From Eledone cirrhosa (taxonomy: Eukaryota): a stretch of 64,000 nt of DNA. How positions within the stretch are numbered: position 1 is the first letter of the stretch; every line of letters starts with the position of its first letter. The position numbers were made by a program, and so were the translations under genes. The DNA lies in contig OZ024743.1 in assembly GCA_964016885.1 (NCBI GenBank), positions 36,518,001 to 36,582,000 of the forward strand, in the 5' to 3' direction. The notes under the pieces are model-generated. The model did not search any database. It was not told where the DNA came from and saw only the letters and a program-made list of their open reading frames with translations. Positions 42,316-56,500 of the stretch are shown here, piece by piece.

Positions 42316-42922
42316 GGTCACCAGTTGGTGCTACTGGTAACATGTATGCCAGTCCAGTACAACCTGTCTCGTGGTCGGGTCGTTGGCGACTAAACTGGCA
42401 ACCCCACCAAGGTTTCTTGGTGAGGAGGGTGACTTTGGACATCCTGCAGGACTAAAAACAAAACCTGTCAAAGGGCAAAGGAGCTCTTTAGAGTCAATGG
42501 CCATCCAAAATCACCGGGAGAGATGACCCCTTAGCCTTTGTCAAGGCAGAATTCTAGGAGAAGGAAAACTCTGATATAACATCTGCAACCCTGATGGTAT
42601 CCAATGATGTTGACTTGTTCTTCTTTTTGGTAAATATCATCTTGGTTAAGAGAGTGGGACTGGCTTTGTGCAGTGCCTTTGCTCACTATAAAAGCTTCAC
42701 GGCACAGGCATTGCTTTATATCTGGAGATCTCTCTGCACTTGTCGTCACATGGTACCATGGGCCCAGCACTATGTGTCAATAATTGTCACAGGTGTAGTG
42801 TTTGTACCAGAGTTTTCAAGTTGCTGGCTGGCCTAAAATGTCACTCGTTCAGCGCATTGGTAGGAGTTCTCCTACATGGATATAAAGTAGTGGCCGTACT
42901 CGAAAACGAGTTGGCAGCCACC
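42316..42922 (+). mobile_element. Bipartite non-autonomous RTE-derived element, copy 2, in (TA)n
   Basis: Co-linear with 2071-2671. Confidence 0.8.
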
Positions 42923-42951
42923 ATATATATATATATATATATATATTCATA

Positions 42952-43011
<60 letters not shown>

Positions 43012-43029
43012 TGTATGTATATATATATA

Positions 43030-43140
<111 letters not shown>

Positions 43141-43148
43141 ATATATAT

Positions 43149-43196
<48 letters not shown>

Positions 43197-43201
43197 CAGA
43201 T

Positions 43202-43238
<37 letters not shown>

Positions 43239-43245
43239 ACAGTTG

Positions 43246-43275
<30 letters not shown>

Positions 43276-43277
<2 letters not shown>

Positions 43278-43500
43278 ACAAATTTAAGTTTAAGCAAAGA
43301 ATCGTTGCTTTGACCATTAACGGGATCATCTGAAAGCAGATCCCGCTAAGAGTGAAAGCAGCGATTCTTTATCTAAACTTTAATTTGTTATTTTAGTCAA
43401 TATTTTCTCTACGGTTTTTATATATATTTATATATATTTTATCCTTATCGGGCTCTTTTCGGACTTTAGTCTTCACATTTATTATTATTACTATATACAG
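43276..43500. repeat. Family C fold-back cassette + tail
   Basis: Palindrome 43276-43390. The minus arm has CAGATGA-tcccgttaatggt-CAAA-gcaacgattctttgc-TT; the plus arm has GAAAgcagcgattcttt. The tail atccttatcg.gc...ttagtcttca is shared with 44370-44420 and 51820-51880. Confidence 0.8.
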
Positions 43501-43663
43501 TATATATATATTGTTATACTTTGGGAGGGTCATGTTGACAATAAGAAACACACGCACCAGTTGGTTTCACTTCAATTTATTATAAATTAAATTTATAAAT
43601 TTAGGAATTTATAAATTTCCGATTGGTTGGTTGGTTCCACAACCAGACGATTGTTCATATATT

Positions 43664-43706
43664 GCCAAAGTTCTTTCGTCACACATTCTGTGACCTCTTC
43701 AGTGAC
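43664..43706 (-). ncRNA. Minimal hammerhead-like motif, family F
   Basis: Minus strand: gtca-CTGAAGA-g gtcac agaatgt gtgac-GAAA-gaac-TT-tggc; stem I gtca/tggc includes one G.U. Confidence 0.6.
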
Positions 43707-43753
43707 TGAGGATTCTTTTCTTTGTTTTGTGCCTTTCCTTTGTTCTGTCCTAC

Positions 43754-43845
<92 letters not shown>

Positions 43846-43871
43846 TACATATATATATATATATACATATG

Positions 43872-43925
<54 letters not shown>

Positions 43926-43954
43926 GTTGCAAACTTGACTGTCACCAATGAATA

Positions 43955-43993
43955 TGAACCTGAAGATTGCGAAAGCATGAAAGTACTTGTTCA
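43955..43993 (+). ncRNA. 39-nt minimal type-I hammerhead ribozyme, family G
   Basis: tgaac-CTGAAGA-t tgc GAAA gca t-GAAA-gtac-TT-gttca: 5-bp stem I, GNRA-capped stem II, palindromic AGTACT stem III. Confidence 0.8.
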
Positions 43994-44315
43994 ATTAACA
44001 TTTAACATTTAATATTCTACCATAATATTTTATCATAATATCATTATAATTTTTTAAGGATTGTAAATAAATAACGAGTAAATCAGACAAAGTTGGAATT
44101 CCTTTTATTAATATTATATATATATATATATACATTTATAAATTTTATATATACATTTATAAATTTTATATATGCAAATATACAAATATATATGCGTGTA
44201 TATATATATATACATATATGTATATATATATTTATATATATATATAGACACACATACATATATACATACATACATATATCTATCTATCTATCTATAATGG
44301 AGTCAGAAACTCGCG

Positions 44316-44367
<52 letters not shown>

Positions 44368-44402
44368 TATTCTTATCGAGCCCCCTTTGGATTTTAGTCT
44401 TT

Positions 44403-44434
<32 letters not shown>

Positions 44435-44438
44435 TATA

Positions 44439-44648
44439 TAGGAACCAGTAAGACCCCGACAGCTGAGCTCAAGCCGTTTCGACGGCTAATTCTGGACTAA
44501 ATGAACCATTTAGTCCAGAATTAGCCGTCGAAACGGCTTGAGCTCAGCTGTCGGGGTCTTACTGGTTCCTATTACCCACTCTACTACCTCAAGTATTGAG
44601 TACTTTGGTGCGTTATGGTCCACCTGGTTCCTTACCACATTTCCTTCG

Positions 44649-44652
<4 letters not shown>
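44439..44652 (+). repeat. Family B fold-back cassette + full tail
   Basis: Perfect ~65-bp arms around aac (44505-44507); right arm gccgtc-GAAA-cggcttgagctcagctg-TC-ggggt. Confidence 0.9.
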
Positions 44653-44680
<28 letters not shown>

Positions 44681-44718
44681 TGTTCTATATATATATATAT
44701 AATGTTCTAAAAACATCA

Positions 44719-44752
<34 letters not shown>

Positions 44753-45070
44753 CTAGAATGATGTTTTTAGAACATTAGACATGATTCTTTAATTCAACAA
44801 TTTATCCTATGTTTTGTGGGATCCCAATATTCTAATAGAAATATATACCATGTTGTATGTATTTAGTACTAATCTTTAAATTGTGAGTGCGATATACCAC
44901 AACTATAGAAAAGCATTACACTCCTCCCCCCCCCACCGCCCCACCTATATATATAATCAATTTACACTACAAAGAATACAAAGATTTTGTGTAAATTGAT
45001 TATCAATATTATAACATATAACACGTCTACTTATTTGAGTTGCTCTAAAATGTTGGATATTTCCATCAAC

Positions 45071-45106
<36 letters not shown>

Positions 45107-45112
45107 ACACAT

Positions 45113-45227
<115 letters not shown>

Positions 45228-45497
45228 GTATATATATATTATGTAGGTTCCTGACTTGTGTTGGGGGTGGGGACTAACCACAGTTAAAAAGATACTCATT
45301 ACATCAGTAGATTATAAATTATTTCTACAAGACTAAAACTCTTTCATTCGTCATTAGGGATGAAACAGATGTAGTCCTTTTTGTAGAAATTATTTCTATA
45401 TATATATATAAGCTACATACATACTCTCGCATATGCACACACACACACACATATATATATATACATATATATAAACAAATACATATATATATACATA

Positions 45498-45576
<79 letters not shown>

Positions 45577-45745
45577 TTATATACATATACATATATATAT
45601 ATTTATATACATATACATATATATATATATATATATGTGTATATATATGTGTATATACATATATATATACACACATATATATGTATATATATATATATAT
45701 ATACATATATATACACACATATATATGTATATATATATATATATA

Positions 45746-45783
<38 letters not shown>

Positions 45784-45835
45784 TATACACACATATATAT
45801 GTATATATATATATACATATATATATACACACATA

Positions 45836-45881
<46 letters not shown>

Positions 45882-45972
45882 TATATATATATATATAATT
45901 ATAATATATATATAATTTATATATATATATAATTATATATATATATATATATAATTATAATATATATATATA

Positions 45973-46008
<36 letters not shown>

Positions 46009-46097
46009 TATATATATATATATAATTATAATATATATATAATTTATATATATATATAATTATATATATATATATATAATTATAATATATATATATA

Positions 46098-46174
<77 letters not shown>

Positions 46175-46191
46175 TCTCTCACACACGCACA

Positions 46192-46295
<104 letters not shown>

Positions 46296-46753
46296 TATAT
46301 ACACATATATATTTATATACGCCTGTGTGTGATAGAGAGAGAGAGAGAAAGAGGATGGCAATTGTTTTTCCAAGAAATTTGTCAACGGAAAAATAAATTA
46401 TATTCAAAATACTTACAATATAAAGTACGCCAGCTTGGGCTAAGCTTTTGACCGATAATAAAATATTACTTACAGACAGGCCATTTTGAAAAGGTCCTGA
46501 TATGCCTGGCTCCCTGTATCCATGACAGTCCTAGTCGATCAGGTCTTATAGTTACAGGGGTTTCAACAACGACGATCGTCTTAATTTTCAAAGATATTAC
46601 ATCGAAAAGTATATTATTTTATGTGTCCTTTCCTTGAAATAGTTGACTGTGAGTTGAAAGAAATTCGAAACAGATCGAAACATCATGTAGTGATACATAA
46701 ACCCCTATGTTTCACAGAGGTTCAGTGTGGAGATATAAAAATACACATATACA

Positions 46754-46885
<132 letters not shown>

Positions 46886-46940
46886 CATACACACACACAC
46901 ATATATATATATACATACAGAAACATATATATATACTTAC

Positions 46941-47102
<162 letters not shown>

Positions 47103-47123
47103 CGATGTATACATGAATGTATG

Positions 47124-47236
<113 letters not shown>

Positions 47237-47401
47237 CGATGTATACATGAATGTATGTAAATATATATATATATCTCATAGGAAAAGTACAGCAAATAGA
47301 AAGAATAAAAACAATCAAAAAAATATATCTATATGCACATAATTTATATATGTATGCACACACACACGCACGGAAAAATGTGTACATACACACACACACA
47401 C

Positions 47402-47473
<72 letters not shown>

Positions 47474-47564
47474 CTGTGTGCGTGTGTGTGTATTACGAAT
47501 ATGTATGTTTAAGAATATATATGTACATATATATTATATATATAAATACATATATAAATTTATA

Positions 47565-47812
47565 CCAAGATATTAATAAATGGAAACTATATTTATATAA
47601 ATCATATTTATGTTATTATATATATTTCAAGGGCGAGCAAGCCAGTCTTGGTGCGCTTCAAATATATATAATAAAATAAATATGGTTTGTGGTCGCCCTT
47701 GAAATATATATAATAAAATAAATATGGTTTTATAAATATAGTTTCCATTTATTAATATCTTGGAATATTTACTCCAGTAACTTGTTGAGTTCTCTATATC
47801 AGTTATAAACAT
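47565..47812. repeat. Fold-back cassette with GAAAtatatata half-hammerhead (related to 17295-17410)
   Basis: ccaagatattaataaatggaaactatattt...tatatatttcaagggcga is mirrored by tcgcccttGAAAtatatata...tttccatttattaatatcttgg. Confidence 0.75.
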
Positions 47813-47869
47813 TTGTCTGTCGGAATTCTAAAAAATGAAATATAACTTCTACATATATATAAATTTATA

Positions 47870-47944
<75 letters not shown>

Positions 47945-48107
47945 ATCCACATATGCATGTATGTATATATACATATATGTGTACATATAAATATATATTT
48001 ATTGAAGTTTGATGGTTCACCACTGGATAGAACTTGTCATTTCGTATAGTTAACCACGATGTGATAGTATTTATGTAATATATTATATGTATAATAAACT
48101 GTATTAC

Positions 48108-48141
<34 letters not shown>

Positions 48142-48144
48142 ATG

Positions 48145-48207
<63 letters not shown>

Positions 48208-48261
48208 GTATGTATGTATGTATGTATATGTATGTATGTATGTATATATAGATATATATAG

Positions 48262-48371
<110 letters not shown>

Positions 48372-48422
48372 GTCTGTGTGTATATATGTATATATGTAAA
48401 TATGTACATACTTATATATATA

Positions 48423-48492
<70 letters not shown>

Positions 48493-48506
48493 TACTTATA
48501 TATATA

Positions 48507-48560
<54 letters not shown>

Positions 48561-48719
48561 TACTTATGTATAAAATTTGAAAGTTGTCCCAACGCAAATG
48601 ATTATTGGTGACTGCAAATAAAAGTTGAGAAAATCGAATGAAATGTTCCTGGAGTAGACAGCGGTGCCTACCAGGAATCGAACCATGTGATCTGTATGTG
48701 TGTGTATATATATATATAT

Positions 48720-48903
48720 ATAACGAAGGAAGTGTGGTAAGGAACCAGGTGGACCATAACGCACCAGAATACTCGATACTTAGGGTAGTAGAGTGGGTAA
48801 TAGGAAAAGACTCTCGACCCCGACGGCTGAACTCCGGCCTTTCGACAGTTATGTCGGAACGTTCAGACCTAGCTGTCGATACGGCCGGAGCTCAGCTGTT
48901 AAG
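48720..48903 (-). repeat. Family B cassette (tail + fold-back), diverged
   Basis: taacgaaggaagtgtggtaaggaaccaggtggaccataacgcacca...gaccccgacggctga..tttcgacag...agctgtcgatacggccggagctcagc. Confidence 0.85.
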
Positions 48904-48929
48904 ACACACACATATATACACACACACAC

Positions 48930-48961
<32 letters not shown>

Positions 48962-48997
48962 ATGCGTGTGTGTGTGTGTGTGTGTGTGTATACACAT

Positions 48998-49250
48998 GCG
49001 AGGCACGTGGCCTAGTGGTAAGGGTGTTGGACTTACGATCATTATGTTGTGGGTTCGCTTCCTGGGTTGCAAAAAATTTCTTTTCACGTTGCTCCAGTAT
49101 ACTCAGCTGAAAATAAGTACCAGCAATATCTGGGGTTTTAACCCTGCGATGGACTGGCGTCCTGTCCATGGGGGAGTCTTGTACTCTCAGTCGCTCCACG
49201 CCATGAAACCGGGATAAGCACCGGCCAAATGAGCCTTCTGGCTTAATACA
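48998..49250 (+). mobile_element. tRNA-derived SINE, second family, near full length
   Basis: gaggcacgtggcctagtggtaagggtgttggac...gggttcgcttcc head; ccctgcgatggactggcgtcctgtcca body; catgaaaccgggataagc tail. Confidence 0.75.
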
Positions 49251-49442
49251 GACTTTAGACTTTATATATATATATGTACACACACATATAAAACGGCGGT
49301 AAATTAATGGTCATATGTGTAATTAGTATTGTGTGTGTGTATTTTAGCGTATTAGTAGGCCTACTTATTAACATTTATGGATGTCTAATTTTTTATACAT
49401 AAACTTATAAACCATATCTTCTTCGTATAGATATAAATATAT

Positions 49443-49570
<128 letters not shown>

Positions 49571-49654
49571 TATATGAGTGCATACGTGTATAATTACGTA
49601 TATGTGGATACAAATATATAAATATATGTGTGTGTGTGTGTTGTATATATAGAT

Positions 49655-50045
49655 TAAGAAAAATCGTATGTTTTTATTCTATATCGATCTGTTACACGCG
49701 TTTCGCAGATGATTGGCTCAATGTTACCCATGGAATCTATGGATGCGACTCCAGTATCGATCTGCTTATCAGACTGGTGATTCAACTAGAAATATAGAAG
49801 TTGTGGTGATCGGTAAAATGTTGACCAATCGTCACAAACAAAACCTTTAGCAGATCGATGCTGGAATCAGGTCCATAACTTCTATGAGGTACCTTGAGCC
49901 TAACGTCTGCGAAACGCGCTTAGCAGGTCGGTAAACAATAAAAAACATCAAAATATCTAAACGCAACTTCATCGTTTTTCTTATTATATACGCATTGCTT
50001 GTGCATCGAGTGTTCATATTGGTACCACCACCAGAAACCACTGAA
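49655..50045. repeat. Family E cassette, old diverged inverted pair with long stem II
   Basis: Minus strand: CTGATAA-gcagat...atctgc-GAAA-cgcgtg-TA. Plus strand: gcagat...gtctgc-GAAA-cgcgc-TTA. The tail aactt..tcgtttt..tattatatac...ttggtacca matches 39533-39600. Confidence 0.6.
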
Positions 50046-50069
50046 TCACAAGCACTATATTTATATATA

Positions 50070-50288
50070 ATGGTTTCTTATATAGGCACAAGGCCAGCAA
50101 TTTTGGGGGAGGGGGAAGTCGTTTAAATCGACCCCAGTGCGTGACTGGTACTTTATTTTATCAACCCCGTAAGGATGAAAGGCAAAGTTAACCTCGGCAG
50201 GTTTTGAAATCAGATCATAAAGGGCCGTAACTCTATGCTGTAAAGCATGGCGTCCGACCCCCTACCGATATTGCCAATCCACCGCCCT
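50070..50288 (-). mobile_element. tRNA-derived SINE, major family (long-body variant), full length, with probable TSD
   Basis: tatttatatataat occurs at 50058-50071 and again at 50288-50301. Confidence 0.9.
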
Positions 50289-51772
50289 ATTTATATATAA
50301 TACTAATGGGTACAAATCGAAGTTCTAGTCACAGTATAGCAGATATTAATCGAACTATTTGAAGCAGTCACGAAAGTAGTCAATAATGAGAAAAGTTAAT
50401 AGGTTTTCATCCAAAGTAAACACAAACAATTTAGAAAGTGTCACACCAGGAATAAAGCGTCCAAATGTATGTGGCAATAGTGATACCATAACATCGATAT
50501 ATACAAATAGATCGAATACTAATCTGCACAATCTCAAATAGACAAGAATCGATAAAAATCGATAAGAATTTTAGATAGGTTTCTAGGATTCCGGGGAGAT
50601 ATAGATATATATAATGCGTTTGTATGTATATTATGTTCTGTGTATATATGTATATATATATATATATATATACAAACAGTTATGAAACGAAAGGAGCTGT
50701 GTGGTTACTAAAAACAAGGTTTAGGATGGTGGTTAGGACGGAACAGGAGGAGAAAGGAAGAGAGGAGTTTCCATCGTCAGCTGTAAATGTTTCCCGAACC
50801 GATGTTTCAGCGCTGAATTACAGAAGATCGGTGTAGTTCGGGTGCGCCCGAAGCCTTTTATTAATCAAAAGGCCAGGTGGAAAAGGAGAATAGTTATGTA
50901 ATAAACAACATAAGATAATTAATTCATTTACCAGTGGTTTCTTGAAGACAAATATTTATATCTGTCTTCAGTCTTCAGAAAGAATAATATGGAATGTTTA
51001 TTAAATCCATATTTAATAAACATTCCATTAATTATCTTATGTTGTTTATTACATAACTAAAAAGCTCTGTAGCCTACATAGAGCACTCTTTTTTCCTTTA
51101 CCTTTCCTACGGAAATACTACATATATATATATATTTGTAGTTTGTGCAGTTCAGGGCAAAGTAAGAAGTATAAGCTGTAGGGAGCTGAGAGGGAAAAGG
51201 TAGAATGAATAAAATACATTAAACGAGATAAAACTTGTTTCAAAACGGTAGACATTTTGTGTTGGTATATATTGTTGATTTATGTGAAGGTGGAGTTGTA
51301 GAAAGATGAGTGTGTGAGAGTTAATGTTAGAATTTAGATTAGGGTTCTATTTAGAACTAGAATTAGGATTAGGATTAGTGTTAGTATAGTTACGTGTCTA
51401 CAATCAACAAGACTTGGTGGTGGGTTATTGTAGGTCACTTGATAGTGAGTGGTTTCGGATTAATAATCCTTCATCAGACTAGATTATTCCTGATCTGGCA
51501 AATCCACTACCCGTCGGAGTATAGGTTTTTCCAATGTGTCCAGGTCACTCCGACAGTTTAGAGAACACACCCGCTTCCTAATAAAATGTGCCTCCGCTAT
51601 TCGTACTTCTACCGTGTCTCTTTGCTCCGCAAGTATTCTTGTACTTTATTTTATTTTATTTTATTCTAGCTTCTTCCTCTCAGCTCACTCTTCTTAGCTT
51701 ACCCTGAACCACACACACTACAAAAATGCAAAAAAGCAACAACTATACAACCTATTATATATATGTATATAA

Positions 51773-51819
<47 letters not shown>

Positions 51820-51824
<5 letters not shown>

Positions 51825-53024
51825 ATAATAATAAATTTGAAGACTAAAATCGAAAGAGGGCTCGATAAGGATAAATATATATCAAATATATAAGAACCGT
51901 AGAGCAAATATTTATTAAATAACAGATTAAAGTTTAAGCAAAGAATCGCTGCTTTCACCCTTAACGGGATCTTCTGAAACTAACAAAGTCAATCTGTGAA
52001 CGCAGAAGTGAATATTTCAAAAAACGTTGTAACCGGAGGAAGACAGGAAGACGATACTTTGGTTCGTGGAAACGTTCCCTGGCAAAGAACGGGAAAAAAC
52101 GAATATAATACGTCATTATTTGGAGCGGTGAAAAACAATTACACGCAAAGACAAAACCACGTTTATGGTATAAAAGAAGTCGTAGACTAATATTCTATTA
52201 GGTGGTTCATAGAGACGTTCTCTAGCAATGAACGGAAAAAACGAAGATAATACGTCATATGTGGAGCGTAGAGAACAATTACACGCAAAGACAAAACCAC
52301 GTAAATGGTATAACTGAAGTCGTAGACTAAAATTCTAACTAGGAAACCGAATGATTCTCGGCTTCAGAGTTAAGAATAAAGTAAATAAAATACAGAGGTA
52401 ATTGAAATTAAATAAATACATACACACATCCATATACATAGCATCCATAGGTATACAAGCATACATTGGGTTATACCATATAATGCGTCGCGATCTATTT
52501 CTTCTAGGTCTATTCTCCGAGCAAGAGCTTCATTGTAATATGTGGAATGGTCGTTTAGTCTACGACTTCTTTTATACCATAAACGTGGTTTTGTTTTTGC
52601 GTGTAATTGTTTTTTACCGCTCCAAATAATTGTTTCTACTATAGGCACAAGGTCAGCAATTACCCAGTTCATTACTGGTACTTTATTTTATCGACCCCGT
52701 AAGGATGAAAGGCAAAGTTAACCTCGGCGGGATTTGAACTCAGAATGACAAGGGCCGTAACTCTATGCGTCAAAGCATGGCGTCCGACCCTCTACCGATA
52801 CTGCCAATCCACCGCTCCAAATAATGACGTATTTTATTCGTTTTTTACCGTTCTTTGCCAAGGAACGTTTCCACGAACCAAATTATCGTCTTCCTGTCTT
52901 CCTCCGGTTACAACGATTTTTTAAATATTCACTTCTGCGTTCACAGATTGACTTTGTTAGCTTCAGAAGATCCCGTTAAGGGTGAAAGCAGCGATTCTTT
53001 GCTTAAACTTTAATATGTTATTTA

Positions 53025-53030
<6 letters not shown>
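51820..53030. repeat. Family C large inverted-repeat cassette (two hammerhead-like motifs, at 51931-51981 (-) and 52959-53009 (+))
   Basis: Arm 51910-52190 is mirrored by 52556-52630 + 52815-53030. Both arms carry CAGAAGA-tcccgttaagggt-GAAA-gcagcgattctttgc-TT-aaact. Confidence 0.85.
52630..52815 (-). mobile_element. tRNA-derived SINE (short-body variant) inserted in the right arm, with TSD
   Basis: accgctccaaataat at 52616-52630 and 52811-52825. Confidence 0.9.
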
Positions 53031-53060
<30 letters not shown>

Positions 53061-53143
53061 AGAGAGAGAAGGAGATAGATAGACAGACAGACAGATAGAT
53101 AGATGGTTAAATAGATAGACAGACAGACAAATAGATAGATAGG

Positions 53144-53193
<50 letters not shown>

Positions 53194-53194
53194 T

Positions 53195-53340
53195 GTTTCT
53201 TTATTAGCCACAGGGGCACAAAAGAAGGGGACAAATACAAAGGGGGAAGTTTACATACAATAAAAACGTGTAAAATGTTATCACAGATGGAATTTAAAAG
53301 TTAGTCGATTTTCCCCAATAGAGGGAGACAGTTTATATGG
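53195..53340 (-). mobile_element. Second Tx1-like 3' fragment inside the (GATA)n tract
   Basis: tttctttattagccacagggg...gaagggga caaatacaaagggg parallels 53362-53415. Confidence 0.8.
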
Positions 53341-53576
53341 GTAGATAGATAGATAGATAGATTTCTTTATTTACCATAAAGGCATAAAAAGAAGGGACAA
53401 ATACAAAGGGGGAGTTTACATATAATCGAGTAAAAAGGGTGTAACATGAAAATAATCGAAAATAACCTCAAAAGGGAGGGGACGTGATGGGGGTTGCACA
53501 CACCCCCGAAAAAGTGTGCAATCCTTTGCCCGGGGAGCACATGGAGAAGGTGCTCCCCTCTCCTTTACTTCTTTAC

Positions 53577-56500
53577 CTACAGGATGGTATACAGAGAAGG
53601 CCCATTTACACGAGCCATTCTCGCCACTATCACCCACCTTTCATAAAACTGCCTGTGGCTAAGCACCTCTCTCTCCATTCTTATCCTTCTTCCGAAGTGA
53701 TATCGGAAGAAGTAGACCAGACTATGGCCAGAGAGGAAGTTGCCTGACCTCAGACCTTTCAATCGTGTCCACCAAACAACTTCTTTCAACATGGCTATTA
53801 CGCACAGAAAAACCGCCTTTGCTTCCTTTGTGAAGAGGGGAGGCGGTTTGATTGTCATCACGGACTCGGCGGTCAATTTAATCGGCGCCACCCGCGACAG
53901 CAGTCGTTCGGCGTAGCCCCACAGATCAGCCACGCCCGGACATTGCACCAATGCGTGCGCAACGGTTTCTTCGTGACGCACGCATCTAGGGCAAATCTTT
54001 TTTGAGGGATCCCTGCCCGGGCGCCCGTGTCTGTAGAGCCTCTCTCGAACGGGTAGAGCCCCCCGGTAGCACTGCCAGGCCAGTGACTTCTGGAAGTTGT
54101 CCATTGGTCCTGGGCCGAAAGTCCTACCGAACAGGCTGGCCAGTTCGTCTTCTTCCATGTCCAGCGACTCTCCAAGGGTGTCATCGCCCCTGCTAGCCAC
54201 CAGCCCTCTATAGAATGATGAGGTGGATTCTCCACCGATGGCCTGGCCCGCTTGCCAGAGAGCCCTGAGCGCCTGAGCACACTCAGTGTGCCAGTCTCCC
54301 AGTTTTCCGGATCTTTGCTTGACCCAGGACTGTAGCTCGGTGAGCGAGACGAGTCTCGGAAAGGCTCGTTTCACGAACGGAGCCCACACCGGTTGACCAG
54401 TGAGGAATACCTGTAGGTGCCGTAGCCTTAATGCGTGCCTACGCATCATCAACCACGGCATCCCCAGCCCTCCTTTCGAAGGTTGTTGGCAGCAGATGGA
54501 TCTTCTCACCATAGGAGGACGCTTCTTCCAAAGAAATTGGAAGAGCATGCGTTCCATGGTGGTGAGTGTTTCCTTAGGGCAAGGCACGACAGTCAGGCGG
54601 TAGTAAGTGACGGACGCTATGTAAATGTTCGCCACCTCCGCCCGGCCTTTTAGGGACAGCTTACACTTGGCCCATTTCTGGGTTAGTGCAAACACCTTGT
54701 TCGAAACCTCGTTCCAGTTATTTTCCACCTGGAGGTCCGGTCCAAACCAGACCCCAAGCAACTTTACCGGGCCCTCCGTCCAGTGTCCGACGACACCGTC
54801 AGGAGGCATCGGTCTGCCTCTCCACGTTCCGAGTTGCAGCCCGATGGATTTTTCCCGGTTCAGTTTCGCTCCTGACAACCTTTCGTACTCCTCCAGTAAG
54901 GTACCGATCGCCTCGATCTCCGAGTCGGTTGATACCATTACTGTTACGTCATCGGCGTAGGCCGACACCGCTTTGCTCAATCCTGGTTCCAGGGGGATAC
55001 CCTGCAACAACTCCAACTTCCTCAGTAAAGGCTCGAGAGTCAATACGTACAGAAGGGAGGAGAGAGGGCACCCCTGTCGAATGGATCGTGTGATTTCGAA
55101 CGGCTTCGAAAGGTAGCCGTTCACCTTGATCCTAGAACAGATGTGGTTGCTATGTAGGGCAGTGATCCAGCCTCTGAAAACAGGACCGAACCCAGCCGCC
55201 GCTAGCACCGCATCCAGGTAACCATGGTCGACCCTATCGAAGGCCTTAGACTGATCCAAGTTGAATAGGGCCCCACCGAAGCCGGGTTTGTTGCCAACCC
55301 TCTCTATGATGTATCGCATGAGGTGGAGGTTATCGTGAATGGACCTGGATGGGATAGCACATGTCTGCGCATCTCCCACCAGGCCACCCACGACAAGCGC
55401 CAACCTCTTTGCTAACACCTTGGCCAAAATCTTTAACTCTGTGTTTAGCAGGGTTATGGGCCGAAAATTATTTATACTATCCCCCTTGTTCTCGTCCTTC
55501 CTCACCAGCGTGACTACGCCCTTGGCTACAGAACAAGGAATTCTCCCGTTCTGCTGCCAATTGCAGTAGACCGCTTCGAGGAGTTCGGAGAAGAAGACCG
55601 GCATTGCTAAATAAAGTTCGTAAGGTATACCATCGAGACCTGGAGATTTGCGTCTGCTGCATTGGCTCAGCGCATCTCCGATCTCATCAGCCGAGATTGG
55701 TCCCTCGCAGGACTCTGCCTCTTCGTTCGAGAGACGCGGCAGGCCGTCGAGGTATGGACCGAAATCCACGCCCCCGCCCGGACCCTCGCCTCCCCCGAAC
55801 AATCGGGCAAAGTGCCTTTGAAAGGCCTCGCACATCTGCTTAGGCTCCCGGATCACCCGTCCATCTTCGTCTTGCAACGACCGGATGGTGGATCGATTTC
55901 CACTCTTAGCTTCTGTCACGCGGGCCCATCCAACGGCTTTGGCCCCCTCATTACCTAGAGCACGTATTTTACTTCGAATGACGCAGCCTTCGTGCTTTGC
56001 ATCGAAATACTGGTTCAAGGCCGTCCTCGATGCCAGCACTCTGGCCACATCTTCGCTCTTGATTGCCTCTTCTAATTTACCTGTTAATTCTTTCTCGTTT
56101 CTATTCCTATCGGCAGCTAACATCTTGCTATAACTTATTGATTCTGTTCTAATCTCTCTTTTGGGAGATGCCCACCATCGGTTGTTGACGATTGCACCCG
56201 TCAACCTCTCCTTAACTAATCTGCTAATCCGGTTTCTGTAAGTCTCTTTTGCCGGTAAAGACAAATTAAGTTTCCAGTAACCGGGACCCTGTCTATGTGT
56301 TTTCTCGAGATTGACCACGCAGGTCACTAATTTGTGATCCGTGTAGCCAACCGTGCGCATTTCTGGACAGCTTAATATGTCCCTATCCTTACTTCTAACT
56401 AAGAATCTATCTAAGTACGATCTAGATTGACCACTGTGGTTTCTCCAAGTCCAGGTAGGCACAGTTGGAAAATCTAGTCGATATCTATCGACCAAGTTAA

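Noticed and set aside
48998-49070. tRNA gene
   Set aside because: Only an A/B-box-like SINE head that runs into a SINE body; no cloverleaf or acceptor stem.
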